Below, one piece after another: positions 46,623 through 56,956 of a DNA stretch of 64,000 nt (its first letter is position 1; each line of letters begins with the position of its first letter). This DNA is from Candidatus Shapirobacteria bacterium. Lineage in GTDB: Bacteria > Patescibacteriota > Microgenomatia > UBA12405. Location: the NCBI GenBank assembly GCA_030698565.1, contig JAUYJS010000008.1, positions 161,275 through 225,274 of the forward strand, in the 5' to 3' direction. Below the pieces are notes generated by a model. It saw only the letters and a program-made list of their open reading frames with translations. It did no database searches and was not told where the DNA came from. Made by a program: the position numbers and the translations under genes.

Positions 46623-49600
46623 TATATTAAATGAAAATACTTTTGAAACTAACATTGTTGAGAAACTAGTTTCAAGTTGTGGTTATATTGAAGGCAATCC
46701 TGTCGATTTCATTCCTGATCTGGCAATCGATACCAATCAACTATTCTCTTTTTTACTCGACTCCCAATCGAACGAAATTGACCAGCTAATCAAGGTACAT
46801 GGGGAAGATGAGTATCAGGACCGACTGATCCAACGGTTAATTAAAGAGTTAGATTTGCGGGGGACTCTTGATTGTTTGCGAAACGGTATTACTGATTATG
46901 GTGTCCATCTTAATCTTGCTTATTTCAAACCGGAATCTAGCCTCAATCAGGAGACCAAAGAAAAATATGATCAAAACATTATCTCCGTTACTCGCCAGGT
47001 CCACTTTAGTGAAAAAGACCCTGATAAATCTGTCGACCTGGTATTGTTTATCAATGGTTTACCTGTCGCTACTGCTGAATTAAAAAACCCATTTACTGGA
47101 CAGAATGTAGAAAATGCTCAGAAACAATATATTTACACCAGAGATGTCCGAGAATCACTTTTTCAATTCAAAAAAAGAGCTCTAGTCCATTTTGCCGTTG
47201 ATCCTAATTTGGTCTATATGACTACTCAACTCAACGGTGAAAATACTAAGTTTTTGCCTTTTAATAAGGGTCTAAATAATGGAGCTGGTAATCCATCAGT
47301 CGAATCCGGTTACCAAACATCATATCTTTGGGAAGAGGTCTGGAGTAAGGATGGCTGGATGGATATTATTGCCAAATATATTCACCTAGAGAAAAAAGAA
47401 ATAAAAACCGAAGGAAAAATAATTACTAAAGAGAAAATAATCTTTCCTCGTTACCACCAGCTTGATGTAGTGAGAAAGTTGGTTAACGATACCAAAAGAA
47501 GTGGAACTGGAAAAAATTACTTAATTGAACATAGTGCCGGAAGTGGAAAGAGCAACTCGATTGCTTGGTTGGCTTATCGTCTTGCAAATTTACATAATGA
47601 TTTAGATCAACCTGTTTTCGATTCAGTTGTCGTAGTTACCGACAGGGTGGTCCTAGACAAACAACTTCAAGATACGATTTATCAGTTTGATCATAAGCAA
47701 GGTGTTGTTCAAAAGATCGACAAAGATTCTGCCCAATTAGCTGATGCATTGAAGAAAGGGATCAAAATCATCATCACTACTGTTCAAAAGTTCCCCTTTG
47801 TTTTGGATCAAATTGACGAGTTGGAAGCCAAAAAGTATGCTGTAATTGTAGACGAAGCCCACGGTTCACAAGGCGGAGAAACTAGTAAACAGATGAAAGA
47901 AGTTTTGACTTTTGGTCTACACGAATCAGAAGAGTCATCGAATTTAGAAGAACCTGAAACGGCCGAAGATGAAATTAGAAAATCAATGGCATCTAGAGGT
48001 AAACAGTCAAATCTTTGTTTTTATGGATTCACCGCTACTCCTAAAGCGAAAACTCTAGAAGTCTTTGGTGAAGTTGGCAAAGACGGCAAACCCAGACCAT
48101 TCCATCTCTATTCAATGAGACAAGCCATTGAGGAAGGTTTCATTCTTGATGTCTTAAAAAGCTACACTACCTACAAAACCTATTTTCGGTTGTCCAAAGA
48201 AATCGAAGAAGATCCGGAAATAAGTAAGGATAAGGCCAATAGAGCCATCGCCCGATTCCTCTCACTACATCCGCATAATTTATCTCAAAAGACTGAAGTA
48301 ATGGTTGAACACTTCCGAAGAGTCACTATGAAAAGAATTGGTGGTAAAGCTAAGGCTATGGTAGTAACTAGTTCACGGATGCATGCAGTTAGGTACTACC
48401 TCGAATTTAATAAGTACCTAAAAGAAAAAAACTACACTGACATTAGAACTCTCGTCGCTTTTTCCGGTACTGTTATCGACAAAGATTCTGGAGCTGAATA
48501 CAAAGAAGTAGAAATGAATGGTTTTAGAGAGAAAGAACTACCAGAAAAATTCAATGCCGACGAATACAAAATACTGTTAGTCGCCGATAAATATCAAACA
48601 GGTTTCGATCAACCCTTACTCCATACCATGTATGTTGATAAAAAATTGTCAGGTGTAGCTGCTGTCCAAACATTATCAAGATTAAATCGAGTTGCTCCCG
48701 GAAAAGAAGATACCTTTGTCTTGGATTTTGTGAACGACCAAGCAACAATTTACGAATCTTTTCAACCTTATTACGAGCTGACTTCTCTTGAAGAAACTGC
48801 TAACCCAAATCATCTTTATGATCTAAAACACCAGTTAGAAGAAACCGGAATTTTCTGGCAATCAGAGGTTGATAGTTTTTCAAAGGTATTCTTTAAGCCT
48901 AAACAAACCCGAGCTGATCAAGCTGAACTTTACAGACTAATTCAACCAGCTATAGAAAGATATATTGCACTTGATGAAACAAAAAAAGAGGAATTTAAAA
49001 AGATGTTGACTGCCTTTATTAGAACCTACGCTTTTCTTTCCCAGATCATGCCATTCACGGATACTCAACTGGAAAAACTTTATGTTTTTGCCCGATTATT
49101 GAGAAATGCTTTACCTAGAAAAAATAATAATAACTTGGAGTTAAATGATGAGATTGCTTTGCAGTATTACAAACTTCAAAAAATTTCAGAGGGATCAGTT
49201 GAGCTATCAAAAGAAGGGGAGGTAAATCTCCCTGGAATAATGGGTGACTCTGGCAATGCTTCCACTGGTGAGGATGAAAAATCCAAACTATCAGAAATAA
49301 TCAAAACATTAAATGACAGGTTCGGAACTGAATTTAGTGAAGCAGACAAACTTTTCTTTGACCAAATTGAAGAAGAGTTGATTGCAGATCAAAAACTCCA
49401 AAAACAAGCATTAAACAACGAGATCGGTAATTTCAAATATGGTTTTAATGAAGTCTTCGTCGATAAAATCATTGACCGGATGGAGCAGAATCAGGAAATC
49501 TTTAACAAGATTATGAATAATCCTGACTTTAAAGCAGTTGTTTCCGATTGGATGCTCAAAAAGGTCTACAAAAAACTTAGTCAAAAAGTATCTATAAAGT

Positions 49601-50070
49601 CTTTGATTAAAGAAGGAGAGGGGCAGAATCTTGAATTTAAATCTTCTCTTAGATGGGACGTTAAGCAAGGTAAAGAAAATAAAGATTTGGAAAAAGTGAT
49701 AATGAAAACTCTCGCCGGATTTATGAACTCCGAAGGTGGACAGCTAATTATTGGAGTAGAGGATAATGGTAATGTTCTGGGCTTGGAAAACGATTATCAA
49801 ACTCTTCAAAACGGAAATAGAGATAAGTTTGAAACCCACATGGTACAACTAATGAAAGCCTTAATGGGTATAGAGTTTGTTCAATATGTCAGGTTCCTGT
49901 TCGACAAAATTGAAGGAAAAGATGTTTGTCTAGTAACTGCTATCAAATCACCAAAACCTGTATATGTGAAGTATCAAGACAAAGAGGAGTTCTTTGCCCG
50001 GACTGGCAATTCCACTAGCCCATTTACTCTAAGTGAAGCACAGGAGTTTATTAAAACACATTGGAATTAA
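46615..50070 (+). CDS. hsdR: type I RM restriction subunit with C-terminal AlbA_2/Schlafen-like domain
   Basis: DLVLFINGLPVATAELK, HSAGSGKS, DEAH, FTATP, TGFDQP; tail GEGQNLEFKSSLRWD..GFMNSEGGQLIIGVED. Confidence 0.93.
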   Translation: MPNILNENTFETNIVEKLVSSCGYIEGNPVDFIPDLAIDTNQLFSFLLDSQSNEIDQLIKVHGEDEYQDRLIQRLIKELDLRGTLDCLRNGITDYGVHLNLAYFKPESSLNQETKEKYDQNIISVTRQVHFSEKDPDKSVDLVLFINGLPVATAELKNPFTGQNVENAQKQYIYTRDVRESLFQFKKRALVHFAVDPNLVYMTTQLNGENTKFLPFNKGLNNGAGNPSVESGYQTSYLWEEVWSKDGWMDIIAKYIHLEKKEIKTEGKIITKEKIIFPRYHQLDVVRKLVNDTKRSGTGKNYLIEHSAGSGKSNSIAWLAYRLANLHNDLDQPVFDSVVVVTDRVVLDKQLQDTIYQFDHKQGVVQKIDKDSAQLADALKKGIKIIITTVQKFPFVLDQIDELEAKKYAVIVDEAHGSQGGETSKQMKEVLTFGLHESEESSNLEEPETAEDEIRKSMASRGKQSNLCFYGFTATPKAKTLEVFGEVGKDGKPRPFHLYSMRQAIEEGFILDVLKSYTTYKTYFRLSKEIEEDPEISKDKANRAIARFLSLHPHNLSQKTEVMVEHFRRVTMKRIGGKAKAMVVTSSRMHAVRYYLEFNKYLKEKNYTDIRTLVAFSGTVIDKDSGAEYKEVEMNGFREKELPEKFNADEYKILLVADKYQTGFDQPLLHTMYVDKKLSGVAAVQTLSRLNRVAPGKEDTFVLDFVNDQATIYESFQPYYELTSLEETANPNHLYDLKHQLEETGIFWQSEVDSFSKVFFKPKQTRADQAELYRLIQPAIERYIALDETKKEEFKKMLTAFIRTYAFLSQIMPFTDTQLEKLYVFARLLRNALPRKNNNNLELNDEIALQYYKLQKISEGSVELSKEGEVNLPGIMGDSGNASTGEDEKSKLSEIIKTLNDRFGTEFSEADKLFFDQIEEELIADQKLQKQALNNEIGNFKYGFNEVFVDKIIDRMEQNQEIFNKIMNNPDFKAVVSDWMLKKVYKKLSQKVSIKSLIKEGEGQNLEFKSSLRWDVKQGKENKDLEKVIMKTLAGFMNSEGGQLIIGVEDNGNVLGLENDYQTLQNGNRDKFETHMVQLMKALMGIEFVQYVRFLFDKIEGKDVCLVTAIKSPKPVYVKYQDKEEFFARTGNSTSPFTLSEAQEFIKTHWN

Positions 50071-50772
50071 ATGGATAATGATAAAGCCCCAAAATCAGGT
50101 GTAGTATATATTCTCATCAATGATGCCATGCCTGGCTATATCAAAATCGGCATAACCCAAACCTCCGTTGAACAAAGAGTAAAAGAACTTTCACGGACAT
50201 CAGCGGTCCCCATTCCCTTTGAATGTTACTTTGCAGTTCGTGTGGCTGATGTCCGACGAGTCGAAGCTGCTATCCATAATGCTTTTGGAGATCACCGAAG
50301 AAATCCTAAAAGAGAATTTTTTCAGCTCGCACCAGAACGAGTTGTCCCTATTTTAAAATTATTAGCGATTGAAGAAGTACATATTTCAGTAGATGCTGGT
50401 GTCGAAAATAAAGCAGACGCCCAAGCCTTAGAGCTGGCCCATAAAAGGAGAGCAGCCTTTAATTTCGAAATGGCCCAAATTCCAATAGAGTCTGAACTGA
50501 AATTCATTCGTAATGAAGAAATAACTTGTTCAGTTGCACCTGATCAAAAACATGTGATATTTAATGGCGAAACGATGTCTGTTTCTTCTGCTGCCCAAAA
50601 AGCCTTAAATAGTAAATGGCAGGTTCAAGGTCCGGCTTACTGGACCTATGAAGGAGAAATTCTTGACGAAAGACGAATAAGAATAGAGGCTGGAATTCCC
50701 ACTGACAAAGAAATCGAAGAAGCGGGGGATTATTGGATGAATCTACAAGATGAAATTGCAAGGGGTAAATAA
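50071..50772 (+). CDS. T5orf172/GIY-YIG-like domain protein
   Basis: GVVYILINDAMPGYIKIGIT..RVKEL..VPIPF..E..IH..REFF. Confidence 0.85.
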   Translation: MDNDKAPKSGVVYILINDAMPGYIKIGITQTSVEQRVKELSRTSAVPIPFECYFAVRVADVRRVEAAIHNAFGDHRRNPKREFFQLAPERVVPILKLLAIEEVHISVDAGVENKADAQALELAHKRRAAFNFEMAQIPIESELKFIRNEEITCSVAPDQKHVIFNGETMSVSSAAQKALNSKWQVQGPAYWTYEGEILDERRIRIEAGIPTDKEIEEAGDYWMNLQDEIARGK

Positions 50773-50854
50773 ATGGTGCAAGTGAAAGGGTGTGACTGTT
50801 GTGAAAACCGCGTATAATCTCGATAGATACTAAATCTAAATTATTAAAATTAAA

Positions 50855-52741
50855 ATGTATTTATCAAGGTTAAAGATAAAAGGTTTTAGAGGAATTGTTA
50901 GTTGTAGTTTTGACTTCAAGTCAGGAGTGAATGTCCTTATTGGAGAAAATGCTAGCAATAAATCAGCTGTAATTGACGCTTTGAGACTTTTGTATTGCTT
51001 AGGAGATCCACAGAGGGATATATGGGTGAAAGATGAAGATTTTAATGTAAATCTTGAAACAAACACAAAGGTGGAAAAAATATCAATAGAATACGAATTT
51101 TCTGATATGTCAGTAAAACAAAAAGGAGCTTTATATGAATATCTTATCTTGGGGAAAACCGAATCTGAGGATTTGTGTAAATTCACTTTGGAATATCAGC
51201 AAAGAAAAGACGGTAGCATCATTACTGAGTATTTTTCAGGTACAGATCCAGAGCAAAAACCAGGCGGTGATACGTTTTCTATATTTCAGCATTACTATCT
51301 AGACGCTCTCCGTGATAGCACTCACATGCTACTTAATAACAAAAAGAACATTTTAGGAAAACTTCTTTCTAGGACAATTTCCCGAAGTGGTTCGGAAAAT
51401 GAATTTCAAACAATAATTAACACTGCGAATAAAGGTCTCCTTGCACGTAATGAGATAAGTCAGACAAGACATAATATAAACGAAAATCTCCGAGGTATTT
51501 TCAAAAGAGTAGAGTCAAGTAATGTAGGGTTAAGAATAGATTCTTCCAGGATAGATTATATTATGAACACAATTAAGCCATATTTACCTCATAATCTAGC
51601 AATAGAAGACTCCCCTGGATTTCAAATTGGACAAAACAGTTTGGGATTTAATAACTTAATTTATTTTGCAGTTGTTTTAGGGGACATACGAGAGAGAAAA
51701 AAAATTGAAAAACTTTACCACTTTGCGTTACTAATTGAAGAACCAGAAGTACATTTACACCCACAACTACAATTAAACTTATATAGATTTTTAGAGGACA
51801 ATCTTAGCGGTAATACACAACTATTTTTAACGACACACTCACCAACGCTAACCTCGAAAGTACCATTATCGAGTCTAAATCTTATCGCTAAAAATTGTGT
51901 TTGGAATATGGAAAACTGTTTTTTGGACCGTAGTTCAGAAAATATAAAAAAGGACGGGACGAATCTCACTGATGCCAATTTTAAAACCGAAAAGAACAAA
52001 GTCGAAAGGTATATTGACGTTACTAGATCACAGATGTTTTTTTCAAAAGCAATAATTTTTGTGGAAGGTATTAGTGAAGAGATGTTGGTACATAAGTTAT
52101 GTAAAAAATTAGGCTTCGAACTTGAAGATTTTCAGATAGAACTGGTGAATGTAAATGGTGTATCATTTTATCCTTTCATTCATTTCTTCAATTCTTCTTC
52201 AGCTTCTAAAAGACTTCCCCAGCCAATTTTAATACTAACTGATGACGACCGCTATCCGAATTCCAAAAATAAAAAGTATTCATTTAACAAGCTGATTTCA
52301 AAAGAAGAGATTCTAGATAATCTGGTGAGTAAAATTGAGTCCGGAGCAGCAAGTAAAAGAATCTCAAACTTACATGATATTTCGAACGGTCAGCTTATCG
52401 ATATAAAAACTTCATATCAGACATTTGAATTAGATCTGGCTTATTCAAATGTATTTCCCAAGCAAGATATATTTTATAAAAATGCACTTATAAACTATCT
52501 AAAGGACTACCACAATAATAAATTTGAAAAAATAAAAAAATATGTAGATAAACTATTTACTGTGAAGACGATCTTGGATCAATCCGAGAGAAAAAAAATA
52601 GCTTTACTTCTCTGGAAGTGCATAAAAACAAAAGCGAACTTCGCTCAAGAGTTCTCAATCTATCTCGAAAATTCTACTTTGATGTTTGTTGTTCCAAGAT
52701 ATATAAGAAGGGGATTAAAAAGATTAGTAAACTCAATATGA
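50855..52741 (+). CDS. gajA: Gabija GajA-like OLD-family ATPase-TOPRIM nuclease
   Basis: LIGENASNKS, SLGFNNLIY, IEEPEVHLHP, TTHSP, IFVEGISE, TDDD. Confidence 0.85.
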   Translation: MYLSRLKIKGFRGIVSCSFDFKSGVNVLIGENASNKSAVIDALRLLYCLGDPQRDIWVKDEDFNVNLETNTKVEKISIEYEFSDMSVKQKGALYEYLILGKTESEDLCKFTLEYQQRKDGSIITEYFSGTDPEQKPGGDTFSIFQHYYLDALRDSTHMLLNNKKNILGKLLSRTISRSGSENEFQTIINTANKGLLARNEISQTRHNINENLRGIFKRVESSNVGLRIDSSRIDYIMNTIKPYLPHNLAIEDSPGFQIGQNSLGFNNLIYFAVVLGDIRERKKIEKLYHFALLIEEPEVHLHPQLQLNLYRFLEDNLSGNTQLFLTTHSPTLTSKVPLSSLNLIAKNCVWNMENCFLDRSSENIKKDGTNLTDANFKTEKNKVERYIDVTRSQMFFSKAIIFVEGISEEMLVHKLCKKLGFELEDFQIELVNVNGVSFYPFIHFFNSSSASKRLPQPILILTDDDRYPNSKNKKYSFNKLISKEEILDNLVSKIESGAASKRISNLHDISNGQLIDIKTSYQTFELDLAYSNVFPKQDIFYKNALINYLKDYHNNKFEKIKKYVDKLFTVKTILDQSERKKIALLLWKCIKTKANFAQEFSIYLENSTLMFVVPRYIRRGLKRLVNSI

Positions 52742-54540
52742 GTTTTAATTTCGATCTTACCGAGGAGAGGAAGATTTTTTTAAGTAAGAGAGGAAAGGTA
52801 ATACTATCAGCTTGTCCCGGTAGTGGAAAGACCACGGTATTAGCATATAAAATGGTTAATTTAGTGAAAGAAGTTGAGAGTAAGCACAATAAACATGCGG
52901 GGGTATTATGTTTATCTTTTACTAATGTTGCAGCCCAAGAAATTCTAGAAAAATATCGCGTATTTAGTGGATTTAACCTAGGCCGACCATCCCAAGTAAT
53001 GACAATAGATAGTTTTGTAAACACTTATATTACACTTCCTTTTTACAGGTTGTTAGCCAATAAAGACATAAGACCCCAAATAGTTGAAGATCTGGAATTA
53101 GATTTAATACTCAAAAATTATGTAATGAGATTTTTAATCAATAGAAAACTAATATATTTTATCTATCCTCCAAGAAAATTTGAGTTTGATGTAAATGGAA
53201 ACTTTGTCTTACCATTTTTATCAAGCTTTACTTCTCCCCAAGATGTTGAGAACCTTGGTAAGTATGTGGCTAAATTAAAAGAAGTCCAACTAGACAAGGG
53301 AATATTTAAGAACAATGACTCAACATTCATAGCTTTAAAGATAATTGAGAAATTCCCAAGGATAAAAAACTATTTGACTACAAAGTTCCCGTATATTTTA
53401 ATAGATGAAGCTCAGGACACATCTGAGAATCAATATAAACTTATAGAATCGTTGACGGAAAGTAATCTCGAAGATCTTGAGTTGGTAGGCGATCATTATC
53501 AAGCTGTCTATGAATGGAGAGATGCAAATCCAACCAAGTTTTGTGAACTGAAAGTAGACAAAACCTGGCAATCTTGCGATTTTACTGATTGTAGAAGATC
53601 GAATCAATCGATAATTGATGTCTACAGTAAGCTAAGAAACTCGACAGAAAATAAGATATCTTCAACTTCTGCTGATATGGTACAGAATCCTGTTCAAATT
53701 GTTTTGTTCAATGAAGCTAACTTAGTTGATGCAGCTAAAAAATATGAAGAAATAGTCAGTTCCTACGAATCCAATATCATTTTATCCAGAGGTAATTCTT
53801 TGATTGAGAATTTAAAAGGAATATCAAGTGATAAGAAACTTCCTTGGAAATTAGATGTGCCGATAAAGCTAATTAACGCAAAAAAGTATTTAGATAGTGG
53901 AAACATAAAAAAGTCTGTTGATATTGTGAGATCATTTATACCACTGCTTCTCGATAATAATGCTCCTTTTTCCGAAAGAAAGATTACAGAAAGAGAATTA
54001 AAAAAAGATTGCGAATTTAATGCTTCATTGTTAACTTTAATCAAAAAAATACCCTCATTTGAGTTATCACTTAAAGAATGGACTAAACAAGGGGAAGATT
54101 TAATAAATGGACTTCTAAAACAATCACCTAACATCTCATTCGAGTTAAAAAAAGGGATTTGGATAAAAGAATATCCCAAAAAAATAGTCGAAATTTTCGA
54201 TATGCAAAACAATGTAATAAAAACAAATGTTTCTACTATACATGGTGTAAAAGGAAAGACATTTGATTCTGTTTTTATAATCTTAAATAGTTCAAGTTCT
54301 GGCCAGAGCATATCGATAAATGATTATGTCCAACCTACTAGCCTTCCAAATGAGAAACAAAGGCTACTGTATGTGGCGATGTCTCGACCAAAGCACTTGC
54401 TGGTAATAGGAATACCGTCTTCTACTTGTGATGTAAACAAAGCCAAACAACTTTTTGGCAACGAAGTCCAAATTCATCAAATTCCTGAATCAATTACAAT
54501 TTCATCTCCAGAGATTGCAATGTCTCAGACCAATACATGA
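52738..54540 (+). CDS. gajB: Gabija GajB-like UvrD helicase
   Basis: ACPGSGKT, SFTNVA, IDEAQD, VGD..Q, TIHGVKG, LYVAMSR; ATGA overlap with gajA. Confidence 0.85.
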   Translation: MSFNFDLTEERKIFLSKRGKVILSACPGSGKTTVLAYKMVNLVKEVESKHNKHAGVLCLSFTNVAAQEILEKYRVFSGFNLGRPSQVMTIDSFVNTYITLPFYRLLANKDIRPQIVEDLELDLILKNYVMRFLINRKLIYFIYPPRKFEFDVNGNFVLPFLSSFTSPQDVENLGKYVAKLKEVQLDKGIFKNNDSTFIALKIIEKFPRIKNYLTTKFPYILIDEAQDTSENQYKLIESLTESNLEDLELVGDHYQAVYEWRDANPTKFCELKVDKTWQSCDFTDCRRSNQSIIDVYSKLRNSTENKISSTSADMVQNPVQIVLFNEANLVDAAKKYEEIVSSYESNIILSRGNSLIENLKGISSDKKLPWKLDVPIKLINAKKYLDSGNIKKSVDIVRSFIPLLLDNNAPFSERKITERELKKDCEFNASLLTLIKKIPSFELSLKEWTKQGEDLINGLLKQSPNISFELKKGIWIKEYPKKIVEIFDMQNNVIKTNVSTIHGVKGKTFDSVFIILNSSSSGQSISINDYVQPTSLPNEKQRLLYVAMSRPKHLLVIGIPSSTCDVNKAKQLFGNEVQIHQIPESITISSPEIAMSQTNT

Positions 54541-54649
54541 AATTCTTACCGTATTTTAGCTATCTAAAAGATTTCGATATTACTTGGTTTAATCCATATG
54601 GGGGTTGTTTTAGTTCTCATTTAATAGATAATATTGAGCAAGATTATTT

Positions 54650-55561
54650 ATGAAAATATCAGAAAAAGATATTAAATTGCTTTGGGGTAAGTCGGGTAAC
54701 CGATGTTCGATTTGTCATGTCGAACTATCTTCTGACAAAAAAACATCCACAAAAGACTATCCTCTCGGCGAACAAGCCCACATAGTTGCAGAAGAATCTA
54801 GTGGTCCAAGAGGCGAAAGCCAACTTACTTCGTTGGAAAGAAACTCGTATTCAAATCTGGTACTTTTATGTCCAACACACCACACAGCCATTGACAAAGA
54901 TACAGACTATTATTCGATAGAAAAACTCCAATTTATAAAAAGTAATAACGAACAGTGGGTTAGAGAAAAGTTATCAAGTATTATAGACCTTCACAATGAG
55001 GCAAAAGACATGGTTTATGCTGACTTGATAGATAAAATTGTAAAATTTATCGATCTTGAACACTGGGATAGCTGGTCAAGTCATCTGTTATCCTCTTTGC
55101 ATCGTATGGACCAAACTCTTAGAAACTCGCTTCTGGACTTGCAGGTTCAAGTATCGAAAACTTTATGGTCTGGAAAATATCCAGACCTTGAGAAAGCGAT
55201 GAAGCTTTTATCAAAATATTTTGGTGATGTTTTGGGGACTTATCTGGAAAACGCAGAATTAAATAGCGAAGGAGACTATAAGGGAGTGAAATTTTATAAG
55301 AATTACTATGGAAAGGCACAATCTGTTGTCAGTGAAAAAGTTGCTGAATACGACAAGTGGGAAGAAGATCTGTCAACCTCAATGCACGAGGCTACAAAAA
55401 GTTTAAATTTATTTGCAGATAAGGTCAGAGAGCACTTTAATCCATTTTTTTACGTCACTGACGGTAAATTTATGATAGTTGAAGGACCATATGAAGACTT
55501 AGAATTTAAATATTACACACCTGAATTTACAAATTTAGAGAAACAAACAAAAACATCTTAA
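54650..55561 (+). CDS. HNH endonuclease with uncharacterised C-terminal domain
   Basis: LWGKSGNRCSIC..AHIVA..GPRG..NLVLLCPTHHTAID. Confidence 0.85.
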   Translation: MKISEKDIKLLWGKSGNRCSICHVELSSDKKTSTKDYPLGEQAHIVAEESSGPRGESQLTSLERNSYSNLVLLCPTHHTAIDKDTDYYSIEKLQFIKSNNEQWVREKLSSIIDLHNEAKDMVYADLIDKIVKFIDLEHWDSWSSHLLSSLHRMDQTLRNSLLDLQVQVSKTLWSGKYPDLEKAMKLLSKYFGDVLGTYLENAELNSEGDYKGVKFYKNYYGKAQSVVSEKVAEYDKWEEDLSTSMHEATKSLNLFADKVREHFNPFFYVTDGKFMIVEGPYEDLEFKYYTPEFTNLEKQTKTS

Positions 55562-55610
55562 TTATTTTTATCAAAATCAAAAATTATATATTTGTGAGTA
55601 ATTGCCACTA

Positions 55611-56270
55611 ATGGAAAAAATAATAGAATGGATTCAGACAAATTACGGCTGGATTTTCAACATAATTATACAAAGCTTTATTGCCTATCATATTTATTTT
55701 TTGTCAAAAAAAATATCAACAGAAGCTAGGCTTGAACATAGGGAAAATATTAAAGAAATAGCAGAAACGATCCTGTCAGAAATTCATAAAAAGGGTTTAA
55801 CTTCAAAAGTTTACTTAGTTAACATTGTTAGATACTTTAAAGATTATCCCTCTAATAAAGAAAACATATTTACCGGGTATTCTCACATTAGGGCTGAGAT
55901 CAAATCCACTAGATATGATGGAATTGAATTCTTTGCTGAGTCACCAAAAGAGGTTTATAAAAAATCTAATGGGCAACTTTCTTTTACTGGGAAAAAAGAG
56001 AATAAATTATTTAATGTATACCCGGTAGGAATTGTTCCTTACGACTGGATAGAATACCTAGATTCAGAAGGTGACGAATATGGATATGTACCACTAATCT
56101 ATTGTTATTTTAAAGGAAGGGTCTACTGGAAGTTCTGGAAAAAACTCTTGTTTTTTGGCTACCCATACAAGAAAATAATTTACTACAAACTAAATGAGAT
56201 TTACAATGAAAGAAACGATCCTCGTGATATGAAATATTCTTATGTATATGACAAGATCTATAAAAAGTGA
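55611..56270 (+). CDS. hypothetical protein with N-terminal TM
   Basis: ORF of about 219 aa from ATG 55611. Confidence 0.65.
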   Translation: MEKIIEWIQTNYGWIFNIIIQSFIAYHIYFLSKKISTEARLEHRENIKEIAETILSEIHKKGLTSKVYLVNIVRYFKDYPSNKENIFTGYSHIRAEIKSTRYDGIEFFAESPKEVYKKSNGQLSFTGKKENKLFNVYPVGIVPYDWIEYLDSEGDEYGYVPLIYCYFKGRVYWKFWKKLLFFGYPYKKIIYYKLNEIYNERNDPRDMKYSYVYDKIYKK

Positions 56271-56335
56271 AACTTTATTGCTCTAAAAGTACATTGTATT
56301 CCTTATTGTTTCCATCTCGTGGAGCATTCTAAAAC

Positions 56336-56839
56336 CTACGGCATAAACATATACCCATATTCATCACTCGGTCCAAAGTAATGCGATTTGTTCAGTAAAG
56401 TATCCGCTAATTCTTGTGCTGTCATATTCTCCGAAATGCGATAACTCGCCACAATATCAATTGAGCCATTGGTCCCAACTGACAATGCTCCCGGATTTCC
56501 CTGGGTCGTATCCTTGGTGTGTTCTAAAGCATATTTAAAGGCTTTTTCACTTCTGATAAAACCGTAGTATTTCAGGTTGCTAATTACCGCTTCCAATGTC
56601 GAACCTTTACCGGGGCGAAAATCTACTGTTTGGCTTTGCTTTTGTCTTTCTAGATCACTTTGAGTAAATCTTAGTTTTTCGACAAAATAGTCTTCTACCT
56701 TTTTAGACGACTGCCAAGTTTTCCCCGGTGCTTTAAAATCTTCTTCCGAAATTTTATTTACTTTCTTCTGCCAGATTACATATCCTAAACCGACCACTAT
56801 TAAGGCAACAAAAATCGGTAACAATTTTTTCATTTTCAT
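56336..56839 (-). CDS. membrane-anchored protein resembling the MltG/YceG N-terminal domain
   Basis: TM; GSTLEAVISNLKYYGFIRSEKAF; SYRISENMTAQELADTL. Confidence 0.6.
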   Translation of the reverse strand: MKMKKLLPIFVALIVVGLGYVIWQKKVNKISEEDFKAPGKTWQSSKKVEDYFVEKLRFTQSDLERQKQSQTVDFRPGKGSTLEAVISNLKYYGFIRSEKAFKYALEHTKDTTQGNPGALSVGTNGSIDIVASYRISENMTAQELADTLLNKSHYFGPSDEYGYMFMP

Positions 56840-56956
56840 ATCTTATTCTACTTCATTAGTTTTTCACTATGGTATCCCATTCCGCATAGAAGGAACCTTA
56901 AATCGTGCAAGTTAGCCGGAAATAGTTCCATTTGGCGAGCATGTTATCCTTTTTTA

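Larger units (their letters stand above)
38299..56270. mobile_element. integrative island at tRNA-Asn carrying defence cargo (right end uncertain)
   Basis: serine integrase abutting the tRNA, small phage-like ORFs, RM, Gabija and HNH genes; no attR identified. Confidence 0.6.

Noticed and set aside
53763-54311. Long antisense ORFs (for example 182 aa opposite gajB) and other short shadow ORFs in the track
   Set aside because: Fully nested opposite well-supported genes, with no motifs.
56314-56327. CTCGTGGAGCA as attR resembling the tRNA-Asn 3' end
   Set aside because: Gapped and too short to distinguish from chance.
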